Positions 33,001-46,774 of a stretch of DNA of 64,000 bases are shown one piece after another (positions within the stretch are counted from its first letter, which is position 1; the number at the start of each line of letters is the position of its first letter). The notes under the pieces are model-generated. The model searched no databases, was not told the DNA's origin, and worked only from the letters and a program-made list of their open reading frames with translations. Position numbers and translations under genes: made by a program. Source of the DNA: Isurus oxyrinchus (taxonomy: Eukaryota); assembly GCA_026770705.1 (NCBI GenBank), contig JANJGN010000088.1:682001-746000 (forward strand), given 5' to 3'.

Positions 33001-34060
33001 TAAGGATCAGGGGGGAAACTCTTCACTGCTTGGAGTTATACCTGGCACAAAGAAAGATGGTTGTGCTTGTTGGAGGTCTATCATCTCAGTTCCAGGACAT
33101 CACTGCAAGAGTTCCTTAGGTTTTTTCGGCTCACCATTTTCAGCTGACCCTCCTTCCATCAAAATGTCAGAAATGGGGATATTCGCTGATGATTGCAATG
33201 TTCAGCACCATTTACATCTCTCAGATATTGAAGCAGTCCATGCCCATTTGTAGCAAGACCTGGACAACATTCAGGCTAGGGCTGATGAGTGACAATTGAC
33301 ATTCAAACCAGGCAAGCGCAAGGCAATGACCATCCCCAAAAAGAGGGAATCTAAACATTTCTTCTTGACATCCAATGACATTACCATTGTGAAATCCCAC
33401 TAGCAACATTCTGGGGGTTGCCATTGACCAGAAATTGAACTAGAACATACTGTGTCTACAAAAGCAGGTCAGTGACTGGGAATATGAGGTGAGTGGCTCA
33501 CATCTTGACTCCCCAAAGCCTGTCCACCATCTACAAGGCACAAGTCAGGAGTGTGACGGAATACTCTCCACTTGCCTGGATGAGTATGGCTCCAACAACA
33601 CTGGAGAAGCTCCATACCATCCAGGAAAAAGCAGGCCACTTGATCAACACACTATTCACCACCTTAAATATTCACTCCCTCCACCATCAATACAAGTGGC
33701 AACAGTGTGTACCATCGACAAGATGCACTGCAAAATTCACCAAGGCTCCTTTCACAACATTTTCCAAATCCATGACCGCATCCATGCAGAAGGACAAGTT
33801 CAGCAGGCAAATGGGAACACCACCACCTGCAAGTTCCGCTTCAAGCCAAACACCATCCTGACTTGGAAATATATTGCCATTCCTTCATTGTCACTGGCTC
33901 AAAATCCTGGAACTTTCTTCCCAACAGCGCTGTGGGTGTACTTGCATCACATGGATTGCAGCAGTTCAAGAAGGTGGCTCATCATCACTTTCTCAACAGC
34001 AATTAGGGATGGACAACAAATGCTGGCCTAGTCATCAATGCCCACTTCCCGTGAAAGCAA
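33001..34060 (+). mobile_element. tRNA-headed-family LINE 3' part
   Basis: LHCLELYLAQRKMVV and PQSLSTIYKAQVRS, plus the 3' tail. Confidence 0.85.
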
Positions 34061-35184
34061 AAGTAATAGAGTATTGAGGTTATTATGATTCCAAATCACA
34101 GAATTGTGGGAATGCTCTGCCTGTATAGTCAGAGAGAAACATGGCCCAGGAACTGATACAGACACACTTTCACCTACGTCAAGATAATATGAGTTATTGC
34201 AAAGATAGTGCATAAGTGAGTTTCCCCACAAGCACATTCATTGGGGGAACAGATCCCAGAAACAAGTTTGTGCAGATTCCAAGACACATGGATGAGAGAC
34301 TACCCCAACCAAGACCCCCCAACCCCTCCCTGGGTACAAATAGTGAGGGAATATACTCATTGTGGGGGGGGTGGGAGCTCTCAGTCTCATGTAGGAGGGA
34401 TTACCCAGTACAGTCATTGTGAAAATACACACCAGGACTAGACATCTTGGGAATATGTCCCAGGGCCAGAGATTTGGGAATACTCCCAGTCCAATGCATG
34501 TGGGAATCTTATCAGTGCCAACCTAATATTGGGGGAATATGGTCCAGCGCATGATACTGGAGGAGTTTCCCAGTCTCCTCAATAAACTCCCCTGAATCAC
34601 ATTCATTGGGAAAATATACCCAGAGTCAGATAGGAGGGGGATATGGTGCAGGGATGGACACAGAGTCTCATGCATGAGCATATTGACACTTCCCAGAACA
34701 GCGATTGGTGGAATACATCCAGAACGGGATATTGGAGGACATTCATGTTGCATATCTGAAGGTATCCTCGCAATATATTCATAGGGAGAATATACCACAG
34801 GACCAGATGCTGAGCTTGAGTCCCAGTGTAAGAGGTAATTTCCCCTGAGAACATTCATCCATGGATCAGATTAGGCCCAAGGGTCAAATATAAGGGGGAT
34901 ACACACCATAATCAGGTACTGGGGATGAAACCAGTCCCATGTATGTGTGATTCTCTCAAGTACAGTCATGCGGGAAATATTCTCAAAGACTCGAAATTGG
35001 TGGAATATGTTTCAGGGTGATATATAGGAAAAGATTCCTGGTCCCGTGTGTAATGGAATTCCCCAATAGGAACAGTGGGGTAACACAACACACAACTGAT
35101 ATGCAGAACAGAGGAATGTACCACAGGGAAATTGGAGGAATTTCTCAGTTAGGGAATTCACTCAGTACAAGCATTGGGAGAATT

Positions 35185-38100
35185 CACTGGGAATGTGGGA
35201 AGCCGGGGATATTTCCAGTGCCCGGGACCAGCTTGTGTACAGGAGGTGTGCCCAGCTATAGCTACTGGAAGCTCGGGTTTCAGAGCTGGAACAGCGGCTG
35301 GGGACACTGTGGAACATCCGCGAGCCTGAGAGCATCATGGATAGCACGTTTGGAGAGGTGGTCACACCACAGATGAAGGGATCTGAGGGAGAAAGGGAAT
35401 CCAAGAGAAATAGGCAGGTTGTTTAGGAGTCCCCTGGGGTCCCACTCGCAAATCGGTATTCCATTTTGGAGGCTGATGAGGGCCCTCCAGGGAGTGCGGA
35501 CAGATCCAACCTTCTGGCACCAAAAGCAGCCTGTCTGTACAGGAGGGGAAGAAGAGAGGAAGAGTAATAGTAATAGGGGATTCTATAGTCAGGGGAACAG
35601 ATAGGCGTTACTGTGGCCATCAACGTGTCTCTAGGATGGTATGTTGGCTCCCTGATGCCAGGGTCCGGGATGTCACTGAACAGCTGCAGGGCATCCTGAA
35701 GGGGGAGGGTGATAAGGTAGAGGTCATGGTGCATGTTGGAACCAATGACATAGGTAGAAAGAGGGATGAGGTCTTGCATCAAGAATTCAGGTTAGGCAGT
35801 AGACTAAAAAGCAAGACCTCTCGGGTTGTAATCTCTGGATTACACCCAGTGCCACGTGCTAGTGAGCTCAGAAATAGGAGGATAGCGCAGATGAACACGT
35901 GGTGCAGGAGGGAGGGTTTTAGATTCCTGGATCACTGGGACCGTTTCGGGGGAAGGTGGGACCTGTACAAACAGGATGGTCTACATCTGAACCAGAGCAG
36001 GACTAACATCCTTGTGGGCATGTTTGCTAGTGCTGTTGGGAGAAGTTTAAACTAATTCAGCAGGGGGAGGGGACACACCATGTTAGAAGAACAGGGATAC
36101 ATCATAATGCAGTAAAACAATCAAGTCAGAGGGAGTACAGCTGCAATAAGCTTCAAGGGAGTAAGGCAAGGCTGAATGGCCTCTACTTTAATGCCAGGAA
36201 TACTACAAGTAAAACGGAGGAGTTAAGGATGAGGATTAACATGTGGAATTGTGATATAGTAGCGGTCAGTGAGATGTGGTTGAGGGAAGGGCAGGATTGG
36301 CAGCTCAACATTCTGGGATATAGAATCTGCAGGTGAGACAGGGGAGGGGGTAAAAGAGGAGGAGGCATTGTATTATTAGTTAAGGAGTCTGTAACTGCAG
36401 TAAGGAGAGATGATATCTTGGAGGGGGCATCGAATGAAGCTTTGTGGGTAGAGCTTAGGAATGAAAAAGGAGAAACCACCTTATTAGGAGTTTATTATAG
36501 ATAGTCAGCAGGAAACTGAGGAGCAAATATGTGCACAATTTGTGGAGGAGTGTAAAAACAATAACAATAGGGTAATTATATTAGGTGATTTCAACTTCCC
36601 CAGCATTAATTGGGATAGACATAGTGTTAAGGGCTTGGATGGAGCGGATTTCTTGAAATGTGTACAGGAGAACTTTTGAGGTCAATATGCAGAGGGTCCA
36701 ACAAGGGACAGTGCAGTGCTGGACCTAATTCTGGGGAATGAAGCCGGACAGGTGGCTGAGGTGTTGGTGGGCGAGCATTTTAGTGATAGCGACCACAACA
36801 TGGTACAGTTTAAGTTTGTTATGGACAAAGAAATCAACAAGTTGCAAAAAAAATGTTTTGGATTGGGGGAGAGTGGATTTTAGTTAAGTAAGGCAGGATC
36901 TGGCCAAGGTAGACTGGGAAAAGTTATTTGTGGGGAAATCTACAGAGGAACAGTGGGGGTGTTCAAAAAGTAAACGGGGAGGATACAGGCTCAACATGTT
37001 CTCTCTAGGGTGATAGGAAGGAGTAACAAGCCCAGAGAACAAAGGATGACCAGAGATATTCTGGTTACGATGAGAAGGAAAAGAGAGGCTTTTAGCAGGT
37101 ACAAGGGAAGCAAATCAGCAGAGGCATTAGTGGAGTACAGACAGTGCAGGGGAGAGCTTAAGGAAGCAATTAGGAGAACAAAGAGGGGATATGAGAAAGC
37201 TCTGGCTGGTAAAATTAGGGAAAATCCTAAGATATTCTATAAGTATATCAATGGGAAGAGAATAACCAGGGAAAGAGTAGGGCCCATAAGGGACCTAGGG
37301 GGCAATCTATGGGTGGAGCTAGAGGACATCGCTAGGGTGCTGAATGAATATTTCACGTCTGTCTTCACCCAAGAGAATGAGGATGACCTCGGGGAGAGGG
37401 ACTGCGAGGTTCTTAAGCAAATTGATATAGGGCGTGACAGGGTACTGGAGGTGTTGACAGGCATTAAAGTGGACAAATCTCCTGATCCGGATGATTTGTG
37501 TCCCAGGCTGCTGAGGGAGGCAAGGGAGGAGATCGCAGGGGCTCTGACCCAAATTTATAACTCTTCTCTGGCCACGGGAGAGGTGCCAGAGGACTGGAGA
37601 ACAGCTAATGTGGTTCTGCTATTTAAGAAGGGTTGTAGAGATAAGCCAGGGAACTACAGACCAGTGAGTCTTACGTCAGTGGTAGGGAAACTATTGGAGA
37701 AATTTCTGAAGGAGATTATCTATCTCCACTTGGAGAGGTGAGGTTTGATCAGGGATAGTCAGCATGGCTTTGTCACAGGGAGGTCATGCCTAACAAATTT
37801 GATTGAATTTTTTGAGGAGGTGAACAGGTGTGTAGATGAGGATAGTGTAGTTGATGTAGTTTATATGGATTTCAGCAAAGCCTTTGACAAGGTCCCACAT
37901 GGGAGACTTATAAAGAAGGCAAATGCACATGGGATACAGGGTAATTTGAAAAGGTGGATTCAAAGTTGGCTTAGTTGAAGGAGACAGAGGGTGACGACAG
38001 AAGGATGCTGCAGTGACCGGAAGCCAGTGTCCACTGGCGTACCACAGGGATCTGTGCTGGGTACACTATTATTTGTCATTTACATAAATGACATATATGA

Positions 38101-39030
38101 CTATGTCGGGGGTAGGATTAGTAAGTTTGCGGATGAAACAAAGATTGGCCGGGTGGTAAACAGTGAGGTTGAGTGTCTTGGGCTGCAGGAAGATATATAC
38201 CATATGGTCAAATGGGCAGATAAGTGTCAGATAGAATTTAACCCTAAAAAGTGTGAAGTGATACACTTTGGAAGGAGAAATTTGACAAGGAAATATTCAA
38301 TGAACGGCATGACACTAGGAAGTTCTGAGGAACAAAGGGACCTTGGCGTGTGTGTCCAGAGATCTTTGAAGGCGGAAGGGCATGTTCGTGGGGTGGTGAA
38401 AAAGGCATATGGGACACTTGCATTTATCAATCGATGCATAGATGACAAAAGTAGGGAAGTCATGTTGGAGTTGTATAGAACCTTGGTGAGCCCACAGCTG
38501 GAGTACTGTGTGCAGTTCTGGTCACCACATTATAGGAAGGATGTGATTGCACTGGAGGGGGTGCATAGGAGATTCACCAGGATGTTACCTGGGATGAAAC
38601 ATTTAAGTTATGAAGAGAGGTTGGATAGACTTGAGCTGTTTTCGTTGGAGCAGAAGGACTGAGGAGCGACCTGATCGAGGTGTACAAGATTATGAGGGGC
38701 ATGGACAGGGTGGATAGGGAGCAGCTGTTCCCCTTAGTTGAAGGCTCAGTCACAAGGGGGCATAAGTTTAAGGTGAGGGGTAGGAGGTTTAGGGGGGATG
38801 TGAGGAAAAACTTCTTTACCCAGAGGTCTGGAATGCACTGCCTGGGAGAGTGGTGGAGGCGGGTTGCCTCACACCCTTTAAAAAGTACCTGGATGAGCAC
38901 TTGGCACATCATAACATTCAAGGCTATGGGCCAAGTGCTGGTAAATGGGATTAGGTAGGTAGGTGAGGTGTTTCTCACGTGTTGGTGCAGACTCGATGGG
39001 CCGAAGGGCCTCTTCGACACTGTGATTCTG
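35185..39030 (+). mobile_element. Near full-length CR1 LINE (ORF1 coiled-coil plus SGNH esterase; ORF2 APE-RT), disrupted
   Basis: GDSIVRG..VHVGTNDIG..DGLHLN, LYFNARN, GNYRPVSLTSVVGK, SQHGF, GVPQGSVLG, KFADETK, and tail ctgtgattctg. Confidence 0.96.
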
Positions 39031-39224
39031 AACCATTCACTGGGCGAGATTCCCAGTCCCATGTCGGGGTCAAGCACCCAAGACAGCCAATGGGTGAATA
39101 TACCTCAGCACCAGATACTGGGAAAAGAGATCTCAGGAACAAATACTGGAGGCAAAATGCACCAGGACCAGATATCTGGACGATTCCCACCCCCGTTTAT
39201 GAGAGAATCACCATAAACCTCGTG

Positions 39225-39789
39225 ATGTTGGGAGTTACTGCCAGGATGAGAAGTGGGCCATGCCGCCATTTTACATGGGTGGGCCAATTAAGGCCCACCC
39301 AGCTTAACATCCGGTGGGAAGCGCTATGCACATCTCCCTGAGTTAGCGTGCTGCTTCCACGTTGAAAAATACTAAAAGTAGAAAAGAAAATTCCCTCACA
39401 TGTCCCCCTCACGTGACAATGTCGCATGAGACGGGACATGTTCATAATTTACCTAATAACTTTAAAAAAGCTTTTTGAAACCCTGCATGAAACTTCCTCC
39501 CGCCGCTGGATGAGGTTTCATGTTTTATCTATTTACTGCCGGAGCTCCTGGCCTGCCAACATTAAGGTTGGACAGTCAGGTCCTTTCATAGAATAAATGA
39601 TCCTGTCAATGGCCTCAATTGGCCACTGACAGGTCAGCGGGCCCGCAGCTGATTTTGCTGTGCCCCCGACTTCCTGGGAATTTAAATGGGGTGGGGGTGA
39701 CGTCGGGGGTTCTGCCCAATGTCATCCCGCATCATTTTACGTGTCAGTGAGCAGGGTGCCCCCTGCTCACTGGCGGCAAAGTTCTGCCC
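39225..39789. mobile_element. MITE-like element, paralogue of 16420-17100
   Basis: Shared ccaattaaggccc, catgaaac..gatgaggtttcatg and terminus aaagttctgccc. Confidence 0.65.
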
Positions 39790-39944
39790 AATGTTCCGAG
39801 AACGAGAGAACACCTCTTGGAACGAGCTGCTGAGTTTTTCCAACACTTTCTGCTTTTATTTCAGATTTCCACCGCCTGCAGCGTTTTGCTTTTATATGAG
39901 GGAAATCAACCCTTTCTCCAGGTCCACATGGCAATGGAATTCAC

Positions 39945-41170
39945 CAGCATTAATTTCAATACAATATAGGTGTGGATGAATCATAATACAATGTAGTGGT
40001 GAATAAATCATAATATAAAATAGCGACTGATCAATCATAATAACATATATTGGTGAATGAATCACAATACAATATACTGGCCAATCAATTATAAGATGAA
40101 CTGCAGGTGTATAACTCCATTTCCCCTCTCTCTCTTTCTCTCTCTCTCTGCCACTCGACAACATCATCATTCACTATTTTTCCTCTTGTGTGATCTCTCT
40201 CAATCGATATTATGCTCCTTCCCTCTAATTCTTCTTTCCTGCTCCATAACACGCTCCTCCGCTCTATTTTCACCTCTGTCTCTATCTCTCTCTCTCTCTC
40301 TCTCCCCCCATCCTATAACATGACATCCATCTCTCACGGTGTGACAGGCAGCTACTGCATCATTTCCCTGGTTAGCAACCAAAGCCCCACCCTTCACATC
40401 CACAATTCACCCACCTACAAATCCAGTACAAGGGAGGAATAAATGACTCCCTTACCATGTCACTGGGCTCCGCTACCTGCAGCAGTTTGTGTCAGCTCCT
40501 GATACTGGCCAGCTCTTTCTCTCTCTCTCTCTTACTCTCTCACTCTTTCTCTCCCTCTCTCTCTCTCTGTCAGTGAGCGAATGCCGAGGCCCTCTGTCCT
40601 CACCATAATTTTCACACTCACTAGCTTCAAATAACGGCCCAGGCCTCTGCTTCCTGTTTTGTGTTTATTGCTTGCTTCTCTCCAAGCAGTTATTGCCCAA
40701 ACTGTCAGATTTTACAAAGTCCAGCCAGTCTCTGAGTGCCAACTTCTGCCCCTGTGCAGGCAGGGTGCAGAGGAAGGGAGGGCAAAGGAGAGGGAGGCAG
40801 GAGGGAGGAGGGAAGAAGGGGGAAAGAAGGAGGGAGAGAGAGAAAGGAGAAAGGGAAGATAGATTAGGAAAGGGATGGAGAGATAGAGGGGAAGATTGGG
40901 AGATAGAGTGAGGGAGCAAGAGGAGAGGGCAGGGGTACAGCAGGGAGGACGGAGGGTAAGGGAAGGGGGCATGTATGTGAGGCGATAGAGGGAAGAGGGA
41001 AAGAGAAGCAGAGAGGGATAAACATAGTCTGTTCAAACACAATGCAGCCAGCCTGTCAGTGCCAGCTCTGTTCCTGTACAGGGCAAAGTAGGGAGGGAGA
41101 GAGAGAGGAAGAGGGTGACAGGATGGGAGAGTGGCGGGGTCGGGGGGGAATCTATTTGTAAACTGTTTCC
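39945..41170. repeat. Low-copy module A (27-bp AT-rich repeats, CT tract, conserved core, GA tract)
   Basis: AATCATAATAC-like units at 39979, 40006, 40033, 40060, 40087. The core attcaccca.cta.aaat.cag..ggaat.aatg..ccttac..cctctgcttcctgttttgtg is shared with modules B and C. Confidence 0.85.
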
Positions 41171-41374
41171 ATCCCCTTACAAGGTAAAGTGGTGAGACGG
41201 GGAGACAGGATCGTGGTATGTATGTGTGCAGGAATTTTACTGGGTTGGGCAGTTTTAGAGTGGGGTCATTTTTTTATTCTTTCATGGGGTGTGGGCGCCT
41301 CTGGCGATACCAACATTTGTTGCCCACAGTGAGCATGTTTCACATCTGAGAGTTCCATCGAGGCCTCCTCTAGT

Positions 41375-41690
41375 CCTACAACCCTTCAAGATATCATCTC
41401 TGGGAATTTGGGTCTCTTGTCCATCCCTGACTTTAACTGCTCCATCATCAGTGGCCGTGACATCAGCTGCTGAGTCCCTAAGCTCTGGGGTGCGCTCTGT
41501 ACTCCTCGCTCCCTCTCTTTCCTCCTCTAAGATGCTCCTTTAAACCTCCATCTTTGGCCAAGCTTTTGGCCATGTGCCCCAATGTCTTCGTATGTGACCT
41601 GGTGTCAAAATTTGTTTGATTGCGCTCCAGTGAAGCACTTTGCACCTTTTACTTACCCAAAGGTGCTCGAAAAATGCAATTTATTGTTCT
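41375..41690 (+). mobile_element. L2-type LINE/SINE 3' tail
   Basis: ccctaagctctgg..tcctctaagatgctcctt..gtcaaaatttgtttgat..aaatgcaatttattgtt. Confidence 0.65.
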
Positions 41691-42044
41691 TGATCCAGAT
41701 ATTGGAGTTTCCTGATTCCAAGTATCATGTCTTCCCCTATTCCAGCACAAGAGCATAAGAAACAGGAGCTGGAGCAAGTCAATTGACCCCACGATCATGT
41801 TCTGACATTCAATAAGATCAGAGTGGATCTTCAACCTCCACTGCACCTTCCCACATGATTCCCATTACTCGTCATTTCCTTCATACACAACAACTTCCCT
41901 TAGTGCTCAATAATCTATTCACCTCTGTTTGTGGATTAACTGAATATATATATATCTCCACAGCTTTTTGGGACACAGAATACACAAGGTTCACAACTCT
42001 AAGTGAAGACATTTGCTTCAAGTATAGATATATATATCGAGCAG

Positions 42045-43545
42045 GGCTGCTTTGTGCTGGACGGTGTCAAGCTTCTTGAGTGTTGTGGGAGCTGCACTCA
42101 TCCAGGCAAGTAGAGATTATTCCATCACACTCCTGACTTGTGCCTTGTAGATGTTGGACATGCTTTGGGGAGTCAGGGGGTGAGCTACTCTCCGCAGAAT
42201 TGACAGTCTCTGACCTGCTCTTCTGGCCACAGTATTTATACCAACGTATGAATTAAAAGCAGGAGTAGGTCACTAGGCCCCTTGAGCCTGCTCTGCTATT
42301 CAATAAGATCATGGCTGATCTAATCTTAACCTCAAATTTACATTCCTGCCTACCCCCGATAACATTTCACCCCCTTGCTGATCTATCAACTTCAGCCTTA
42401 AAAATATTCAAAGATTCTGCTTCAACCACCTTTGGGGAATAGAATTCCAAAGTCTCACAAACCTCTGAGAGAAATTTTTTTTCCTGATCTCAATAAAATG
42501 GGCGACCCCATATGTTTAAAAAGTGACCCCTAGTTCTGATTCTTCCACAAGAGGAAACATCCTCTCCACATCCACCGTCAACTCCCCTTAGGATCTTATA
42601 TTTTTCAATCAAGTCTCCTCAAACTCTTCTAAACTCCAGTGAATACAAGCCCAAGCCCGTCCAATGTTTCCTCATTAGAAAACACACCCATTCCAGGTAG
42701 TAATCTAGTAAATCTTCTCTGAACTGCTTCCAATGCATTACATCTTTCCTTAAACAAGGGAACCAATAACGTACACAGAAACAGTGGTCTCTCAAATGCC
42801 CTGTATAACTGAAGCATAACTTCCCTACTCTGGTATTCAATTCCCCTCACTACAACTGATAACATTCTATTTGCTTTCCTACTTACTTGCTGCACCTGCA
42901 TTCTGCAATTCAGGCACTAAGACACCCAGATCCCTCTGCATCTCAGTGACTGGTCTGTAATAGCCCACGAGATCCACCACCTTAAACATTCACTCCCTCC
43001 TCCACCGACCACACAGAGGCAACAGTGTGTACCATCTACAAGATGCACGGCAGCAACTCACCAAGGCTCTTTCAACAGTATCTTCCAAACTTGTGACCTC
43101 TACCATTTAGAAGGACAATGGCAGCAAACATCACTACTTTGAAGTTCACTTCCAAGCCACACGCCATCCTGACTTGGAAATATATTGCCATTTCTTTGCT
43201 GTCGCTGGGTCAAAATCCCAGTACTCCCTTCCAAACAGCACTCTGGGTGTAACCGCATCAGATGGAGTGCACCAGTTCAAGAAGGCAGCTCATCACCACC
43301 ACTGCAAGGACAATTACAGATGGGCAATAAATGCTGGCCTTGCCAGCGACACTCACAACACAGGAACAAAAAACAAAAAAAATATACTCAAGGACGAAAT
43401 ATTGGGGGATATTACCAAACCCTTGTACGAGGGAACAAAAACAGAAAATGCTGGAAAAACCCAGCAGGTCCAACAGCATCTGCAGAGAGGAAAAAAACAG
43501 AATCAACTCTCTGAATCCTTATGACTCATCCTTAGAGGAACCTTG
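42045..43545. mobile_element. TE cluster: LINE fragment (-), CR1 3' end (-, ~42245-42945), LINE 3' end (+, ~42960-43380), Penelope end (-, ~43435-43545)
   Basis: QVQQVSRKANRML..GIEYQSREVMLQLY. Other tails match copies elsewhere in the window. Confidence 0.8.
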
Positions 43546-43889
43546 AATGACGGAATTCCCTTAAAATAGGGTATCTGGGAGAATCCATCCAAATGCATAT
43601 TGGGGGAGCATCTCCACTCCCGTGTATGAGGGAACACAACCTAGACCCACAGTACAAGCACTGGGGGAATTCCACAGTGATAACAGTGGAACACGCACCA
43701 GGACTGTACATATGTATGGGGAAATTCTCCAAGTAGAGACATTAGGGAAATACACCACAGAACATTGACATTTTTAGGGGAGGGAATGTCCAGTCCAACC
43801 TCTGAGGCAATTCTCCTGCTATAGCAATTTGGGGAATACACATGCGACCAGATTTGGGCAAATACACCCCAGGAACAGATACTACAGAG

Positions 43890-44258
43890 ATGGTAGCTTA
43901 ATGGCAATGTCACTGGTCTAGTAATCCAAAATCTCAGGCTAATGCTCTCAGGGTAGCTGGTGGACTCTGAATTCAAGTATTGATCTGGAAGTGAAAGCTA
44001 GTTTCAGTAATGGTAACCATGAAACCATTGTCAATTGTCGTAAAAACCCATCTGGTTCTCTGATGTCTGTTTGGAAAGGAAATCTGCTGTCCTTAGCCTG
44101 TCTGGCCTACATGTGACTCCAGATCCACAGCAATGTGGTTGACTCTTAACTGCCCTCTGAAATGACTGAGCAAGCCACTCAGTTAAAGAACAATTAGGGA
44201 TGGGCAATAAATGCTGGGCTGGTCAGTGACACCCTCATTTCATGAACAAATAAAAAAA
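43890..44258 (+). mobile_element. Short tRNA-headed retroposon
   Basis: Aligns with 9412-9755 and ends in an A-rich tail. Confidence 0.85.
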
Positions 44259-44750
44259 GATTAGATATTGAGGGAATACACCCCAGGACTAGGTATTAGT
44301 GGAGTGCTCCCGAGTAGCATTGGAACAGATATTGGAAGAAATGTCCAGTCCGTTACATGATGCAACTACCCTGGTTAAAAATTGTTGATATATGTCCGTG
44401 ATATATTGTAGTCCCATGTCTGAAGGAATTCCTTCCTGTGCAGTCATTGCAGGAATAAATCCCAGAACCAGATATTGGAGGGGATGGGAGGGTACCCAGT
44501 GAGTGGGAATCTCCCAGTTCAAACAGTATAGGAATATGCCCTAGGATCAGATATTGGGTGATCCACCACAGGAGCAGATATCAGGAGAATACACCCTTGC
44601 ACCAAGTATTTGGGTGTTGCTGAAAAGGGAGAGATGTTTCCGAAGTTTGTCGTCTTGCACTCATCAGCATAAACACAAGAATTCCAGTCAGTCAGTAGTG
44701 ATGCTACCAAACTACTCTTGGACATTGACGTCCCCTCCCAGAGTCCATTC

Positions 44751-45510
44751 TGGGCTGGATTTTACAGCCACCCCCTCACCTGGCATATGGTTTTGGTTGC
44801 GGGGGGCGGGGTTTGGCATGTAAAATATGTCGGGTGCCCAGCCCATCTTCTTCCCACCGACCCTTACCTGCTCACCATAAAATGGGAGGGTGGGTAAGCC
44901 ACCTACTAGGCTGCCCAACCGGAGGCCTATTCAAGCCCTGATGTGCCCAATTAATTGGATAATAAGGGCCTCAATCCGCCTCCATTGCCATCCCAGGAGG
45001 GAAAAAACAGTTCGGACAGGACTCTTTTTCCCAATTTTTACTGGTGTTCCATTTGAAGGTCTAGGAGAACAGTTCGGACCAGCATTTTTATTTCCCAGTT
45101 TCTACTGTTTGTTGCTTCTGGGATAAAATACTGACAAGGTATGTAGGCCATTTTTGAAAGGCATTCTTTGAAAACGTGGGAAGGAAGGAGGGGACTCATC
45201 AATCAGAGGGTGTGTGCCTGTGTGCCTTGGCAGCCCCATATGTTACCCCTTCCACTTTGTCCCTCCCCATCTGCCCTCCAAAACACGGCCCCCAGCGCCT
45301 CCTCCCTGGGATCTCTGAGCACCCTCCAGCCTAAAAATCCGGAACATGCCTGTCTCCAGACACCAGGATCTTCTTCCTGTGTTTCCTTTCAGTCCCCAAT
45401 CAGATTGGTCAGAGGATCCTAGAGGCTGGGACTTTCTATCTACTGAGGGGTGGAAGTCTGACTCTGGGTCTGTTTAGCCCACCCGCAGTGTGCTATCATC
45501 ATGGGGCAGG
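44751..45510. mobile_element. MITE-like fragment
   Basis: Starts GGGCTGGATTTTAC with an internal cccaattaattgg, like the other MITEs. Confidence 0.45.
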
Positions 45511-45579
45511 CTTTTTAAAAATCGGTCCATTCGGGACTGACCCCTTCCAGGGCTGCAGGTTTCACTGACATCATTCCAT

Positions 45580-45995
45580 TCTTTAACTTGTACATGGGAT
45601 GTGAGCGCATTGGCAAGGCCAGGATTTGTTGGCCATCCATAATTGCCCTTGAGAAGATGGTGGTGACCTTCCTGAACCTCTGCAGTCCGTGTGTTGTAGG
45701 TAAACCCACAGTGCTGTTAAAGAGGGAATTCCAAGATTTTGACCTGATAACAGTGAAGGATATAGTTCTGAGTCATGATGGTCTGTGACTTGGAGGGAAG
45801 CGTGTAGAATTGAGGATGATGGTCTTCCCATGCGTCTGCTGCCTTTGTTCCTCTAGGTGATAGAGATCGCGGGTTTGGAAGTTGCTGTTGAAGGAGGCTT
45901 GGTGAGTTGCTGCGATGCATCTTGTAAATGGTTCACACTGCAGCATTGTGTAGTGGTGCGGGAGGGAGTGAATGATTAAGCTGGAATGTGGGGTA
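45580..45995 (-). mobile_element. tRNA-headed-family LINE 3' end
   Basis: Reverse tail ggccatccataattgcccttgagaag. Confidence 0.8.
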
Positions 45996-46774
45996 TTGGT
46001 CAAGCAGAGTACAAACCTAGCACCAGATATTCTGCAAATTTCCCAGCCCCATGTGTGAAGGAACCTCCCATTCGAGTCATTGGGGGAATGCACCCCAGGA
46101 CCAAATACTGGGACAATATATCCAAGGAATAAATACAGGGGGAGAAATCCAGGACCAGATATCGAGGATAGAACCCAGGAACAGATACTGGGGGATAGTC
46201 CCACTCCCACACATGAGGGAATCCACCAGGACATACATGGGGATATACACCCCCAGAACCCGATATTGGGGGAAGACACCTTTGGATTGGATATTGCGTG
46301 TGACTCCTAGTCACATATAAGAAGAACAACCATCCCCACCATCTATAACCCAGCATAGTCTCTGGTAGAATACACCCCAGGATCAGATGTTGAGGGAATA
46401 TTAGCATCACCAGATATTTGAAGAGATTCCCAGCCCCGTGTTATCAGGGAATCAAACCGACAGTCAGCAACCCCAACACAAGCACTGGGGAATATGTCAG
46501 GACTGGACATTGGCAAAATGCCCCCCAGGACAAGGAATTTGGGAATACACCCCAGGAACAGAAGAGGAAATTTAACCTAAGGCTTGATATTGGGGGAACA
46601 CAACCTAGGGTTGGGGATTCCTACTGCCATTTAAGAACAAATACAGTTATTGGGGTAGACATCCCAGGATCAGAGATTCCTAGCTGCATCAGGAAATTTC
46701 ACCCTCCGCCCACAATTGATGTACCCCAGGATCAGATAATGGGGGGAGACTCCAAGTGTTCCAAAGCTGGGGAA

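Noticed and set aside
40659-41042. ORFs rich in R/E/G or L/S/P
   Set aside because: They are low-complexity purine/pyrimidine tract translations with no splice or domain support.
41184-41195. Second TM2-like mini-exon (ccccttacaag|GTAAAGTGGTGA = VKW*)
   Set aside because: It is 35 kb from TM1, beyond a good TM2 and poly(A) signal, uses a weak AAG acceptor, and is short enough to arise by chance.
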